A program made the translations under genes and the position numbers. Positions 53,001 to 63,231 of a stretch of 64,000 bases of DNA are shown in pieces. Origin of the DNA: Pseudomonadota bacterium (lineage in GTDB: Bacteria > Pseudomonadota > Alphaproteobacteria > Rhodobacterales > Rhodobacteraceae); the NCBI GenBank assembly GCA_038532435.1, contig JBCBAP010000002.1, positions 66,327 through 130,326 on the forward strand, written 5' to 3'. Within the stretch, counting starts at the first letter, position 1. Each line of letters starts with the position of its first letter. The notes under the pieces are model-generated. The model did no database searches and had not been told where the DNA came from. It saw only the letters and a program-made list of their open reading frames with translations.

Positions 53001-54770
53001 GTGTCACGTCATGGTGGCCTGTGGGGAACAATGCCTGAGACCTGTCATACCGAGGAGGTACTGACACTCGAACAGTTCCAGTCTGTGCTGGAGCGTAGCC
53101 CCGATCCGGTGTTCGTGAAGTCGAACGCGGGCAAGTACATCTTCTGCAATGCGGCCTTTGCCGACGCGGCGGAAGAGACCGACATCGTGGGCAGGTACGA
53201 CTATGAGGTGTTTCCCCAAAGCATGGTCGACGATTGGATTGGCGAGGATGCGGAGGTCTTCGCGGGCAAGACCGTCGTGCGGGAGGATCGAACGCGGGAC
53301 GGGCGGGTTTTCCTCACAAAACTCGTGCCCGTGCAGCTTGAATCCGGCCCCGGCCTGCTCGGCACCCGCATCGATGTGACTGAGCACCGGCTCGATCAGC
53401 TTGAGACCATCGAGGCGATCACGCGGCTCAAGCGGCAGGCGGAAATGCGCGCCTTTGAGCTGGAGGACGCGCGGGACCGGATCGAATATGTCTCCCTCCA
53501 CGATCCCCACACGGGGATCGCGAACCGCCGCTACCTCGAACAAGTGTTGGCCGACCACCGGGAGGCGGGGACGGAGCTTGCGGTGCTTCACGTGGATCTG
53601 GACCGGTTCAAGCAGGTCAATGACACGCTTGGGCACGCCGCTGGCGATCACGTGCTCCGCGCCTTCACCACACGGCTGACCAGCGTGACCCGGCTGGGTG
53701 ACTTCGTGGCCCGGGTCGGCGGGGACGAGTTTCTCGTGATCTGCGAGGATGGCCGGGATCTCGAGCCGCTGATCACGCTCGGCGAACGGATTGTGAAGGT
53801 GGCCCGGGATCCGATTCCGTATCAGGACACCCAGTGCCGGATCGGGGCGAGCATCGGTGTTGCCCGCTCCCGGGACACGGACGGGGACTATGACCGGATG
53901 CTCTCCAACGCGGACATCGCGCTTTACAGCGCGAAGGCGCGCGGCCGGAACCGGGTTGACTGGTTCTCCCCGGAGATGCGGGAGGAGACGTCTAGCGCTG
54001 CGCAACTTGGCGAGGATCTGGAGCGGGCTCTCGAACAGAACCAGTTCGTGCCCCACTACCAGCTCCAGTTCTGCGCGCGCACCCTCCGGCCCATTGGCGT
54101 CGAGGCGGGCGCGCGCTGGTTGCATCCGAGCAGGGGGCTGCTCGGACCGCGGGATTTCCTGTCCGCCGCGTCCCGGATCGGGATCCTAGAATTCATCGAG
54201 GAGGGCATTTTCGAGCGTGCAACGGCGGAGATCGACGTCTTGCGTGCGGCGGCGGAGGCACCGCTCCGCCTGTCCCTCAACGTCACGGCGAAGCGGCTGA
54301 TGCATTCGAGCCTGATGGAAACGGTCCGCGCGCTTTCGATCGGACCGGGAGAGCTCAGTTTCGAATTACAGGAAGCGGTCCTTTTCGAAAGCGTGGACGC
54401 CGCCGGTCAGGTGGTGCTCGACGGATTGCGGGAGCTAGGGATTGGCATCGAGGTCGACGATTTCGGAACCGGGGATGCGTCGATCCTGACGCTCATGCGC
54501 CTCAGCCCGGACCGGGTGAAAATCGACGAGACCTTCATCGCAGGTGTCGCGTCGGACGCGGGCGCGCGGGATCTTGTGACCGCAATGATCGGTGTCGCCC
54601 GGTCCCTCGACATCGCGGTCACGGCGGAGGGGGTTGAGACCATCGCACAGCAGGACGTGCTGCGCGATCTGGGCTGCGATGTCCTGCAGGGCTTCCTCTA
54701 TGGCGGCTACATGGATGTGCGGGAGCTTGCAGCCTTCCTGCGCACCCGCCACGATCGGCGCCGCGCCTGA
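53001..54770 (+). CDS. PAS-GGDEF-EAL c-di-GMP turnover protein
   Basis: PAS-like N-terminus. GGDEF motif (VGGDEF) with an RxxD I-site (RLGD) 5 residues upstream. EAL-domain motifs: VEAGARW, NVT, ELQE, DDFGTG, KID, EGVET, QG. The start is GTG 53001 or ATG 53031. Confidence 0.88.
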   Translation: MSRHGGLWGTMPETCHTEEVLTLEQFQSVLERSPDPVFVKSNAGKYIFCNAAFADAAEETDIVGRYDYEVFPQSMVDDWIGEDAEVFAGKTVVREDRTRDGRVFLTKLVPVQLESGPGLLGTRIDVTEHRLDQLETIEAITRLKRQAEMRAFELEDARDRIEYVSLHDPHTGIANRRYLEQVLADHREAGTELAVLHVDLDRFKQVNDTLGHAAGDHVLRAFTTRLTSVTRLGDFVARVGGDEFLVICEDGRDLEPLITLGERIVKVARDPIPYQDTQCRIGASIGVARSRDTDGDYDRMLSNADIALYSAKARGRNRVDWFSPEMREETSSAAQLGEDLERALEQNQFVPHYQLQFCARTLRPIGVEAGARWLHPSRGLLGPRDFLSAASRIGILEFIEEGIFERATAEIDVLRAAAEAPLRLSLNVTAKRLMHSSLMETVRALSIGPGELSFELQEAVLFESVDAAGQVVLDGLRELGIGIEVDDFGTGDASILTLMRLSPDRVKIDETFIAGVASDAGARDLVTAMIGVARSLDIAVTAEGVETIAQQDVLRDLGCDVLQGFLYGGYMDVRELAAFLRTRHDRRRA

Positions 54771-54777
54771 CCGCGCG

Positions 54778-55416
54778 TCAGTCCCCGGGGATCAGCCCCA
54801 GACCCCGCAGGTAGATCCCGGTGCCCGATTCCAGCAGCTCCTCGGGCGAAAACGGCGCCCGTGCGCCCGGTGCACCCCGGGCAAAAAGCTCCACCACTCC
54901 GTGGGACATCGCCCAGATGTGATGGCTCACCATCCGCGCAGGGGGCCGCTTTTCCGGCGGAAGGTGGGAGGCAAGCTCCTCCGCCGCCTGCGTCAGCACC
55001 CCCATTGCCCGGTCGGAGGCCGCCGCGAGCGCGGAATTGCGGGCAAAGTTCACACCGCTTTCGAACATCGCGATGTAGTGGCCCGGCTGCGCGCGGGCGA
55101 AGCTCAGATAGGCCCGCCCCACCCGCTCAAAGGAGGACAGTGCCGAAGGCTGCCCGTCGCCATACGCGGTCTCCATCAGATCCGCAAAGATTTCAAAGCC
55201 TTGCCGGGCGACCTCCTCGATCAGCTCCTCCCGGCCCTTGAAATGGCGGTAAGGGGCGGCGGGGCTCACGCCCGCGAACCGGGCCGCCTCCGCAAGGGTG
55301 AAGCCCGTGGGCCCCTTTTCCTCGATCAGCGACAGCGTCGCCTCGACCAAGGCCTGGCGAAGGTTGCCATGGTGATATCCCCGCCGACCGGGTTTTTCCT
55401 GCTTGGTCATGGGCAA
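54778..55416 (-). CDS. TetR/AcrR-family transcriptional regulator
   Basis: 212 aa with helix-turn-helix FTLAEAARFAGVSPAAPYRHF. Confidence 0.82.
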   Translation of the reverse strand: MPMTKQEKPGRRGYHHGNLRQALVEATLSLIEEKGPTGFTLAEAARFAGVSPAAPYRHFKGREELIEEVARQGFEIFADLMETAYGDGQPSALSSFERVGRAYLSFARAQPGHYIAMFESGVNFARNSALAAASDRAMGVLTQAAEELASHLPPEKRPPARMVSHHIWAMSHGVVELFARGAPGARAPFSPEELLESGTGIYLRGLGLIPGD

Positions 55417-55427
55417 GATATAGGCAT

Positions 55428-56306
55428 TCAGCCGCCGATCCCCATGATCTCCGGCCCGCCGACGATCTCCGGGTCGTGGGGCCAGAGTGCGTCATCGTCC
55501 CGCCCCTCGTAGGGCAGCGCCCGCAAGATATGGCTGAGTGCTGCGAGCCGCGCGCGCCGTTTGTCGTCAGAGCGGACGACTGTCCAGGGACAGAAGGGCA
55601 GGTGCGTGCGCTCAAATGTTTCCGCGATGGCGTCGGTGTAGGCATCCCACTTCTTCAGCCCTGCGGCGTCGATGCCCGAAAGCTTCCACTGCTTGAGCGG
55701 ATCGGATTCCCGGGCGAGAAAGCGGCGCAGCTGCTCAGCCCGGCCCACGTTGAGCCACAGCTTGATCACGTGCATCTCCGCCTGGGCGATCATCTCTTCG
55801 AACCGCGGCACCTGGGTGAAGAACCTCTCCCGCTGTTCATCGGTGCAGAAGCCGAACACATGCTCGACGACGCCGCGGTTGTACCAGGACCGGTCGAAGC
55901 AGACGATCTGCCCTGCCGCGGGCAGGTGGGCGACGTAACGCTGGAAGTACCACTGGCTCGCCTCGACGTCCGACGGTTTGGGGAGTGCGACGACTTTGCA
56001 GACCCGCGGATTGAGGTTCTCGCGGAACCGTTTGATCGTCCCGCCCTTGCCTGCTGCGTCGCGCCCTTCGAAAACGATCGCGACTTTCGCGTCGGTTGCC
56101 TTCGCCCAGGCCTGCATCTTCACCAGTTCGACCTGGATCGCCTCATAGGCCTCTTCGTACACGTCCTTGTCGAGCCGCTCATCGTAAGGATAGCCCGCGT
56201 CGATGATGTCGTTCTTGCCGCCATCCTCGATCGCCTTGCGCACCGATTTCGGCGCGTCATCCTCGAAATACGCGCTGATTGCCCCGTCCAGCGGCTTCTG
56301 TCCCAT
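55428..56306 (-). CDS. Polyphosphate kinase 2 (PPK2)
   Basis: ATG at 56306 after GGGAGG. Walker A FEGRDAAGKGG, FDRSWYNR and the lid region are present. Confidence 0.88.
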   Translation of the reverse strand: MGQKPLDGAISAYFEDDAPKSVRKAIEDGGKNDIIDAGYPYDERLDKDVYEEAYEAIQVELVKMQAWAKATDAKVAIVFEGRDAAGKGGTIKRFRENLNPRVCKVVALPKPSDVEASQWYFQRYVAHLPAAGQIVCFDRSWYNRGVVEHVFGFCTDEQRERFFTQVPRFEEMIAQAEMHVIKLWLNVGRAEQLRRFLARESDPLKQWKLSGIDAAGLKKWDAYTDAIAETFERTHLPFCPWTVVRSDDKRRARLAALSHILRALPYEGRDDDALWPHDPEIVGGPEIMGIGG

Positions 56307-56361
56307 GCTCGCCTCCCGTGTTTTGGATACCCTGACCGAGCGATCCGGCGGGCGCAAGCGC

Positions 56362-57228
56362 TCAGCCCAGCCCGTCCCTGATCCGGTCGAGGGCGGCGAA
56401 GAACGGATCGATGTGGCTGTGATGGGGCATGTGGCCCGCGTTTTCCAGGAGCGTGAGACGTCCGTTCGGCACCGCCTTGATCAGGTGCGCGGTGTGAATG
56501 TCGAAGGGCACGATGGTGTCGGAGGTGCCGTGTATCATCTCCACGGGCATGGTGAGCCCCGGGTAGTGCGGCGTCATCTCGACCACCCGCGGCTTCAACC
56601 TCGCAACGTCCGCCGCGTTCCACCTCACGGAGGTGTAGCGCAGGGCGAGTGCGGCGCCGATATGGTCCGGATACCCGTCAGGCGCTGTTATCGGGTCGAA
56701 CACCCGGTTGAGCGTGTCCCGGACCAGCGTGTCCGAGGCAAAAAGAGGGTAGAGTAGCGCGACCGGCGGCCCCAGCAGCCAGTGATCCGTGAGCACGTAG
56801 ATCTGCGCCACCGTGCCCTCCCACCTGTGGCTCGGTGCCGCAAGGAGGCAGAGCGCGCTCACCTGTTCCGGCACTTCGATGGCCCAGGCGAGCGCAACGG
56901 TGCCGCCGAAGGAGTGTCCCGTGACCACGGCGCGCTCCGCGCCGAGCGCCCGCGCAGCCTTTGCCAAGTGGCGGGCTTGGACGCGTGGATCGTCTGCGCC
57001 AGCGACCCGGTCCGAATAGCCGTGACCGGGGCGGTCCATCGCGATGACGTCAAAGCGCTCCGCCAGACGGTCCACATGCTGGAACGTCCAGTCCCGCACG
57101 TTCCCGCTCGCCCCGTGGATCAGGATCAGCGTCGGCCCCTCGCCCTTACGGACATAGTGCACCTTAGCCCCGTCCACGGTGGCGAACGCCCCGACAGGCG
57201 GCGGAAGGTCTAGGCGCCAGCCCATCAC
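56362..57228 (-). CDS. Alpha/beta hydrolase
   Basis: Contains LIHGASG and the nucleophile elbow GHSFGG. Its start overlaps the metA stop (ATGA). Confidence 0.8.
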   Translation of the reverse strand: MMGWRLDLPPPVGAFATVDGAKVHYVRKGEGPTLILIHGASGNVRDWTFQHVDRLAERFDVIAMDRPGHGYSDRVAGADDPRVQARHLAKAARALGAERAVVTGHSFGGTVALAWAIEVPEQVSALCLLAAPSHRWEGTVAQIYVLTDHWLLGPPVALLYPLFASDTLVRDTLNRVFDPITAPDGYPDHIGAALALRYTSVRWNAADVARLKPRVVEMTPHYPGLTMPVEMIHGTSDTIVPFDIHTAHLIKAVPNGRLTLLENAGHMPHHSHIDPFFAALDRIRDGLG

Positions 57229-58130
57229 GCGACCCAGTCGAACTCCGTCGTCTGGTAGATCTGGTTGATCCAGTTGCCGTAGAGCAGGTGCGCGTGGGAC
57301 CGCCAGCGGTTCTCCGGCTCCATGTCCGGGTCGTCCCCGGGATAGTAGTTCATCGGCACATTGATCGGTTTGCCCGCCTTCACGTCCCGGTCATACTCTT
57401 GCTTCAGCGTGCCGCTGTCATATTCGAGATGGTTGAACATGTAGAGTGCCCGGCGCCCCGGATCCTCGATCAGGCAGGGACCCGCATCCTCCGACGAGAT
57501 CAGAAGCTGCAGGTCCGCGCCGTTCACGTCGTCCCGCCGCACCTCGGTCCAGCGGCTCACGGGTACCACGAGATTGTCTGAGAAGCCGCGCAGATAGGGT
57601 GACGTCACATCGTGGACCCGGTGCCGATAGCAGCCGAAGGCCTTTGCCGCGAGCGTGTGCTTGGGAACACCGTGAAAATGGTTGAGCATCGCCTGCGCAC
57701 CCCAGCAGACGGCGAGGGTCGAATGCACATGGGTCTGCGTCCAGTCAAAGATCTCCCGCAGTTCGTCCCAGTAGCTCACCTCCTCAAACGGGAGCAGTTC
57801 GATCGGCGCGCCGGTGATGATCAGGCCGTCAAACCTCTGATTCTTCACCTCCTGAAACGGCTGGTAGAACGCCTCCATATGCGCTGGAGCGGTGTGCTTT
57901 GACTGATGCTCGGTCATCCGGATCAGGGAAAAGTCGATCTGAAGCGGCGTCGCGCCGATCAGCCGGGCGAATTGCGTTTCCGTCTGGATCTTCATCGGCA
58001 TCAGGTTCAGCAGCGCGATCTTGAGCGGCCGGATGTCCTGCCGTTTTGCCCGTCCCTCCGACATCACCATCACACCCTCGTCCGACAGCACGTCGAATGC
58101 GGGCAGGGTGCGGGGGATGGTGATGGGCAT
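57225..58130 (-). CDS. metA: Homoserine O-acyltransferase MetA (succinyl/acetyl)
   Basis: 301 aa with [16 protein letters not shown] and VCWGAQA motifs. Confidence 0.92.
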   Translation of the reverse strand: MPITIPRTLPAFDVLSDEGVMVMSEGRAKRQDIRPLKIALLNLMPMKIQTETQFARLIGATPLQIDFSLIRMTEHQSKHTAPAHMEAFYQPFQEVKNQRFDGLIITGAPIELLPFEEVSYWDELREIFDWTQTHVHSTLAVCWGAQAMLNHFHGVPKHTLAAKAFGCYRHRVHDVTSPYLRGFSDNLVVPVSRWTEVRRDDVNGADLQLLISSEDAGPCLIEDPGRRALYMFNHLEYDSGTLKQEYDRDVKAGKPINVPMNYYPGDDPDMEPENRWRSHAHLLYGNWINQIYQTTEFDWVA

Positions 58131-58195
58131 TGGTGCCGGTCCTTTGCTGTGATTTCGGGAGGTCGTAGATAATCCGCGCTCTTGCGGAGGGCAAG

Positions 58196-59074
58196 TTACG
58201 CGCGCGTGATCGCCGATCCGATCACGTCGAGGATGTCCTGCGCGCTTCGCACATGTGTCACATCCTCCATGTCGAGGGTGATGCCCCAGCGTGCCATCGC
58301 CGCGTATCTTGCCTGCCGGGTCTCGAGCAGACGGCGATAGCTCCAGCGGACGAAGCGGTCTGGATCGACCTCATCCTCCGCCTCTCCGGTCTCCGCACGA
58401 TAGTCGGCCCAGTTCGCACGCAGCTCCTCCGGCGGGTAGTACATGGGCTTGGGCTCCCGGTCGAACCGGTCGATCAGCTCCTCCGTATGGGCCTCCGACC
58501 CCTTGAGCCAGATCAGCAGCATTCGGTCGGTGAGGGTGGTGAGGATCGGATCATCGGGATCGTCCGCATCCACGACCTCGCAGATCGACCCGCCCGTGTC
58601 GCACACGAAATGGTCGTAGCCATAGATGTCCTGCGCCCGGTCAACGAAGGGTGCTGTGTCCAGAAGGGCCGCCTGTTCCGCCGCCCGGTGCTGCGCCTGC
58701 CGCCGCTCATACTCAGCGAACGGGATCCCGCCCTTGGCCGGGTTTCCGGGTTTGCCCAGATAGGTGGAGAGGGGATCGAGGTTCCGGAACGTGATGTTCG
58801 AGCCGATATAGATCGAGTCCGACCGCAAAAGGTCCCGCAGGAACGGCACCTTCATCGCCTCGCGCTTGAAGTTGTCGACGATGTGCTCACCCATGTAGCG
58901 GGTGCCGATGCGGTAGTCGACGGAATAGTGGAACCAATCCCCTTCCTGCCGCAGCATGTCCGAGATCACCGTCTTGCCGAGGCCCGACATGCCGAAGAGC
59001 GCTATGCGCCTGTGCGCGGCATCGTCCCATGCCGTCTTGTCCGGATAGATCATCATGTGCCTCGCGCCGTCCAT
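58196..59074 (-). CDS. P-loop NTPase/kinase-like protein of unknown function
   Basis: Walker [10 protein letters not shown] lies near the N-terminus. The start is uncertain (ATG 59074, 59056 or 59053). The listed extension to 59323 is Gly/Pro/Arg-rich and is rejected. Confidence 0.6.
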   Translation of the reverse strand: MDGARHMMIYPDKTAWDDAAHRRIALFGMSGLGKTVISDMLRQEGDWFHYSVDYRIGTRYMGEHIVDNFKREAMKVPFLRDLLRSDSIYIGSNITFRNLDPLSTYLGKPGNPAKGGIPFAEYERRQAQHRAAEQAALLDTAPFVDRAQDIYGYDHFVCDTGGSICEVVDADDPDDPILTTLTDRMLLIWLKGSEAHTEELIDRFDREPKPMYYPPEELRANWADYRAETGEAEDEVDPDRFVRWSYRRLLETRQARYAAMARWGITLDMEDVTHVRSAQDILDVIGSAITRA

Positions 59075-59246
59075 CGCCACGGGATAGCGGAGTGCCGCGG
59101 GCTTGGGAAGGGGGGCAACCTTCCCGCTTCCCGGAGCCCCGGTCCCCGTGGGTGAACCGGCGGATCGGGTGCTCGGATTACCGCAAGTTCGGATCAGAGG
59201 ATTGATTGAAACCTGTCTGGGGGCAGTTCTGCTGAACGGATCCGCA

Positions 59247-60179
59247 TCAGGACCTTTGCCGCGAGGTCGCCTGCGCGCCCCGCACCATGCGCAGGGCCCG
59301 GCCATCCAGAACCACCAGCCCAAGCGCGATGAGCGCGAACCCGATCAGGTCCTGACCCTCCAGCGTCTCCCCCAAAAACAGCGCGCCGAGAGCGATGGCA
59401 ACCGGCGGGATCAAGAGCGTGACGAGCATCAGGTTGCCCGCCCCGGCCATCGCCAGGATCCGGTAGTAGAGCAGATAGGCCCCCGCAGTCGCTGCGCCCG
59501 CGTAGTAGCCGATGGAAAGCCAGGTCTCCCGCTGCAACGCCAGCGTCAGCGGACCGTCCACGATCCAGGCGGTGGGCAGAGTGATGATCGCAGAGCAGGT
59601 GAGCATCCCGGCGGCGGCCACCTCCGGCGGCAGTTCTGCGAGCCTGATGCGCCCCCACACGCTCGCAAACGCATAGGAGATCGTGCCCGCAATCACGGCG
59701 ATCTGACCGAGCGAGCGCAGATCGAACGCGGCGACCGCCCCGTACCCGATCACGGTCGCGACCCCGGCAAACCCGAGCGCCGTTCCTGCGGCCTTGCGCA
59801 TGGTCAATCGCTCGTCGCGCAGGAACATGGCCGCGACCAGCACCCCGAAGAGCGCCGTTGCGGCGTTCAGGATCGACGTCAGCCCGGTTTCGATATGGAG
59901 TTGCCCCCAGGCCATCAGGCTGAAGGGCAGGACATTGTTGAAGATCCCCATACCCAGAAACGACATCCAGACCGCTGCGTTCCGCGGCACACGGTGCCCG
60001 CGCCACAACACGACGATCCAGAGCAGCACCGCCGCCCATCCCACACGGTGGGCGACCGAGGTCAGTGCCCCGACCTCGCGAAGCGCGATGGCGATGGAGA
60101 AGAACGACGCCCCCCAGATCAGGCCGAGCAGCAGAAGCTCGGCCCAGGCACGGTTCGACATGTTGCGTTGCTCGACCAT
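59247..60179 (-). CDS. DMT-superfamily (EamA) transporter
   Basis: 310 aa with 10 TM segments and duplicated EamA halves. Confidence 0.8.
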   Translation of the reverse strand: MVEQRNMSNRAWAELLLLGLIWGASFFSIAIALREVGALTSVAHRVGWAAVLLWIVVLWRGHRVPRNAAVWMSFLGMGIFNNVLPFSLMAWGQLHIETGLTSILNAATALFGVLVAAMFLRDERLTMRKAAGTALGFAGVATVIGYGAVAAFDLRSLGQIAVIAGTISYAFASVWGRIRLAELPPEVAAAGMLTCSAIITLPTAWIVDGPLTLALQRETWLSIGYYAGAATAGAYLLYYRILAMAGAGNLMLVTLLIPPVAIALGALFLGETLEGQDLIGFALIALGLVVLDGRALRMVRGAQATSRQRS

Positions 60180-60223
60180 GCACCGGACCTACGCGTGTCG
60201 CGGTGCTTGCACCACCCGAATCC

Positions 60224-60251
60224 TGCTCAAACGAAAAAGCCCCGCACGATG
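60224..60251 (-). terminator. Rho-independent terminator after the outer-membrane protein gene
   Basis: The minus strand reads AGCCCCGC-catcgt-GCGGGGCT followed by TTTTC, 30 nt after the stop. Confidence 0.75.
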
Positions 60252-60280
60252 GCGGGGCTTTCGAGGGATATCGTGTCGGT

Positions 60281-61468
60281 TCAGAGTTTGAGGCCGATAG
60301 ACGCGCCGAGCGTGAACGCGGAGTTGTCCTTGAAGTCGAATGCGGTCGGTGCCGCGAAGGACTCGTCACCAAGGTCAGTGTACTGCCCGCCCACGGTCAG
60401 GTCGTAGAACTCCGTGCTGTAGCGCGCTGCGAGCGCGTAGCCGATGCGGCCATCCGTCGGCGACAGCAGGGACGGATCGTCGGTTCCGGTTTCCGGCTGC
60501 CAGCTCAGCGTGCCGATCAGCGCCAGCTTCTCGGTGATCCGGCGTGCCACGCCGACGGAGGCGTCGATGCCCGGATCGCCGTAGGACACGAGGGATCCAC
60601 CGGTCGCCGTCTCATAGGTCGGCGGGGTGATGTCGAAGTTCTCGTAGTCGGCCCAGCGGAAGTTGGCGAAGACCAGCGTTTTTTCGTTCACGCCCGACTG
60701 GACGGAAATGTTGACCGCCTGCGGGAAGCTGAGCGTGTCGTCCGTGGACTGGGAAGAGGTTCCCGCCGCGGTGGTGATCGTCTCGTCGTAGGTCACGTCC
60801 GCATCGATAGCGCTGTGATAGGTCGCCGCGATGCGCAGTGCGATTTCGGGGATCTCGTACGCGCCGCCGACGACCACGCCGAAGCCCGGATCGGTTTCAC
60901 CGGACACTTCGTAGGCCAGCAGCGTGTTCGCGGACTTCGCGGACGCGCGCAGAACGGTCACACCACCATGGACGGAGAAGCCGCCGCCGATCTTGTAGCG
61001 CAGGAGGCCGGTGAGCGCCTCGGAATTGAACGTGCCGAAGGTGCCGTTGAGCGGGCTGGAGGAAGACCCGGCGCCCAGGCTCGACAGATCGAGCGAGCCA
61101 CCCTCGAAGTTCGCGTTCGCGCCGTAGGGCTGGTCGATGATGACCGCGTAGGACAGCTTCTCGTTGATGTCCGCCTTGTACCCGCCGCGGATGTTCCAGT
61201 AGCTGTCCTGCGCGGAGCCCGTGGTCGTCGGGTAGGCGCCAGCGGGCGGAAATGGCCCGGGCAGTGACAATTCACCTTCGCCATCGACGGACGGGCTGGT
61301 GAAGGAGGCTGCCAGCTCAAGGTAGCGGCCATCCTGGAAGATGATCGATGTGTTCTGACCGGAACGGTCAAGACCGCCCGCGAATGCTGCGGTTGCAGAC
61401 GCGATGAGTGCGGAGGCGGCTGCGCCACCTTTCAGGGCGCAAAAAACGCCAGTGTTTCTGGATGTCAT
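60281..61468 (-). CDS. Outer-membrane transport protein, FadL/OmpP1/TodX-like
   Basis: ATG at 61468. Signal peptide ends AAFA/GG, GLDRSGQ follows, and the body has an alternating beta-strand pattern rich in Gly/Ser/Thr/Tyr. Confidence 0.6.
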   Translation of the reverse strand: MTSRNTGVFCALKGGAAASALIASATAAFAGGLDRSGQNTSIIFQDGRYLELAASFTSPSVDGEGELSLPGPFPPAGAYPTTTGSAQDSYWNIRGGYKADINEKLSYAVIIDQPYGANANFEGGSLDLSSLGAGSSSSPLNGTFGTFNSEALTGLLRYKIGGGFSVHGGVTVLRASAKSANTLLAYEVSGETDPGFGVVVGGAYEIPEIALRIAATYHSAIDADVTYDETITTAAGTSSQSTDDTLSFPQAVNISVQSGVNEKTLVFANFRWADYENFDITPPTYETATGGSLVSYGDPGIDASVGVARRITEKLALIGTLSWQPETGTDDPSLLSPTDGRIGYALAARYSTEFYDLTVGGQYTDLGDESFAAPTAFDFKDNSAFTLGASIGLKL

Positions 61469-61602
61469 ATTGTCCCCCCTAGAGGATGTCCCGTGAGCCG
61501 CTTTCGCGGTTTTGTTTCGTGGCGGCACTCTAGGAAGTCACATTCGTGCGGGTCAACGCATGACCCAACGTCACCATTTTGTCGCACTTGAATTACGTTA
61601 CG

Positions 61603-61645
61603 GAAAAACCAAACACGGCGGGACTTTAGCCTAAAGCACCGCCGT
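61603..61645 (-). terminator. Rho-independent terminator after ppa
   Basis: The minus strand reads ACGGCGG-tGCTTTAggcTAAAGtc-CCGCCGT followed by GTTTGGTTTTT. Confidence 0.7.
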
Positions 61646-61669
61646 ATAAGGAAAAATTGTAAGCAGTGA

Positions 61670-62206
61670 TTACTTGTCCATCGCGTCGATGGAGGTCTGC
61701 AGGATCGCTTCCGCTTCCGCCTTGTCGCCCCAACCGATGACCTTCACCCACTTGCCCGCTTCGAGGTCTTTGTAGTGCTCAAAGAAGTGCTGGATACGGT
61801 CCCGGGTCTTCTGCGGGATGTCCGTCAAGTCCTGGATGCCGGCCTGGAACGGATCGACCTTCTCGACCGGAACGGCGATCAGCTTGTCGTCCATGCCGCC
61901 GTCATCTTCCATCTTCAGCACGCCAACGGGGCGGCAGCGGATGACGACGCCGGGCTGCAGCGGGAAGTCCACGAGCACGAGCACATCGGTCGGATCGCCG
62001 TCCGCGTGCAGGGTATTCGGCACGAAACCGTAGTTGCAGGGATAGAACATCGGCGTGTTGACCACGCGGTCGACGAACACCGCGCCGGAGTCCTTGTCGA
62101 TCTCGTACTTGATTGGCGATCCGCCGGCCGCGCCGCCCGGGATCTCGATGACCACGTTGATGTCTCTTGGCGCGTCTTTGCCCGCCGGAATCTTGTCGAT
62201 GTTCAT
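61670..62206 (-). CDS. ppa: Inorganic pyrophosphatase
   Basis: ATG at 62206 after AGAGGAAG. Contains NVVIEIP, YPCNYGF and [10 protein letters not shown]. Confidence 0.95.
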   Translation of the reverse strand: MNIDKIPAGKDAPRDINVVIEIPGGAAGGSPIKYEIDKDSGAVFVDRVVNTPMFYPCNYGFVPNTLHADGDPTDVLVLVDFPLQPGVVIRCRPVGVLKMEDDGGMDDKLIAVPVEKVDPFQAGIQDLTDIPQKTRDRIQHFFEHYKDLEAGKWVKVIGWGDKAEAEAILQTSIDAMDK

Positions 62207-62281
62207 GAATGGCTTCCTCTTACAGGGGGTGCGGCGGTCGCCTAGCATGACCGGGAGGGTGTGGGAAGCCCCCGGCCCGGA

Positions 62282-63160
62282 TCAGGTGACGTTTTGACGC
62301 CTGCCATCCGCGCGGAGGTTGATGAGATTGGCCACGATGATGATCGCGCCGCCGAGAAACACCGCCTGTTCCAGCGGTTCGTTGTAGAGGACGAGGCCGA
62401 CAACAGCGATCAGCGGCAGCCGCAGGAAGTCGAGCGGGGCGACAACGCTTGCCGGGGCGATCTGCATGGCCTGCGTCAGGCAGAAATGGGCGGAGAGCCC
62501 GGCAAGAGACACTGCGAGGACCGGCAGCAGCATCTCCCGCGAGGGTAGGGCGATCTCCCCGTCATACCCTGCGGTCACGAGGCCGAAGAGCGCTTGCATG
62601 ATCGTCAGCCAGAACAAGATGTTGAGGGTGGAGGTCGTCCGCGTAAGCCGCTTCGTCGCAATTGTGGTGAGCGCGAAGGCGATGGCGCTGAGGGCGGCGG
62701 CGACGACACCCGGCGTCAGTTCCAGCCGCCCGGGATCGGCGACGATGACGATCCCCGCGATGCCGAGCCCGATGGCGATGAGGCGCAGGAGCGTAAGGCG
62801 CTCCCCCAACAGGAGCGGCGCCATCAGCGCAACCCAAAGGGGGCTGGTGAACTCCAGGGAGATCACCTGAGCCAGTGGCGCGAGGGAAATGGCGAAGAAC
62901 CAGAGGTTTTGCCCTGTGAAGTGCGCGATATTGCGGCCCACGTGCAGCCCCATCCGGTCCGTCGACAAATCTCTGCGCGACCCGAAGAGGGCGATGGCAA
63001 CGGACACCACAACGATCCCGATCAGTGATCGGAAGAGCATCAGTTCGAACGTGTCGAGCTCGCGCGTGGCCTCCCGCCCGGCGACGGCCATGGTCGAAAA
63101 GCTCAGCGTGGCGCCCAGCATCCAGACCACGGCGAGCCAGACGCGGGAGGGATCAGTCAT
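62282..63160 (-). CDS. DMT-superfamily (EamA) transporter
   Basis: 292 aa with 10 TM segments. Confidence 0.8.
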   Translation of the reverse strand: MTDPSRVWLAVVWMLGATLSFSTMAVAGREATRELDTFELMLFRSLIGIVVVSVAIALFGSRRDLSTDRMGLHVGRNIAHFTGQNLWFFAISLAPLAQVISLEFTSPLWVALMAPLLLGERLTLLRLIAIGLGIAGIVIVADPGRLELTPGVVAAALSAIAFALTTIATKRLTRTTSTLNILFWLTIMQALFGLVTAGYDGEIALPSREMLLPVLAVSLAGLSAHFCLTQAMQIAPASVVAPLDFLRLPLIAVVGLVLYNEPLEQAVFLGGAIIIVANLINLRADGRRQNVT

Positions 63161-63176
63161 GTACCGGGTCCGATGC

Positions 63177-63208
63177 CAAAATGAAAAGGGCGCCCGAACA
63201 GGCGCCCC
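63177..63208 (-). terminator. Rho-independent terminator
   Basis: The minus strand reads GGGCGCC-tgttcg-GGCGCCC followed by TTTTCATTTT, 24 nt after the stop at 63232. Confidence 0.75.
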
Positions 63209-63231
63209 GGTCCATGGTATATGTGGTGCGA

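Noticed and set aside
58131-59246. SAM-II (metA-type) riboswitch upstream of metA or of the P-loop gene
   Set aside because: Alphaproteobacterial metA often carries SAM-II. However, the 65-nt metA spacer and the 59075-59246 region lack the conserved AAAGCU-type core and pseudoknot arrangement I recall. Only generic GC hairpins are present. An Infernal scan would settle it.
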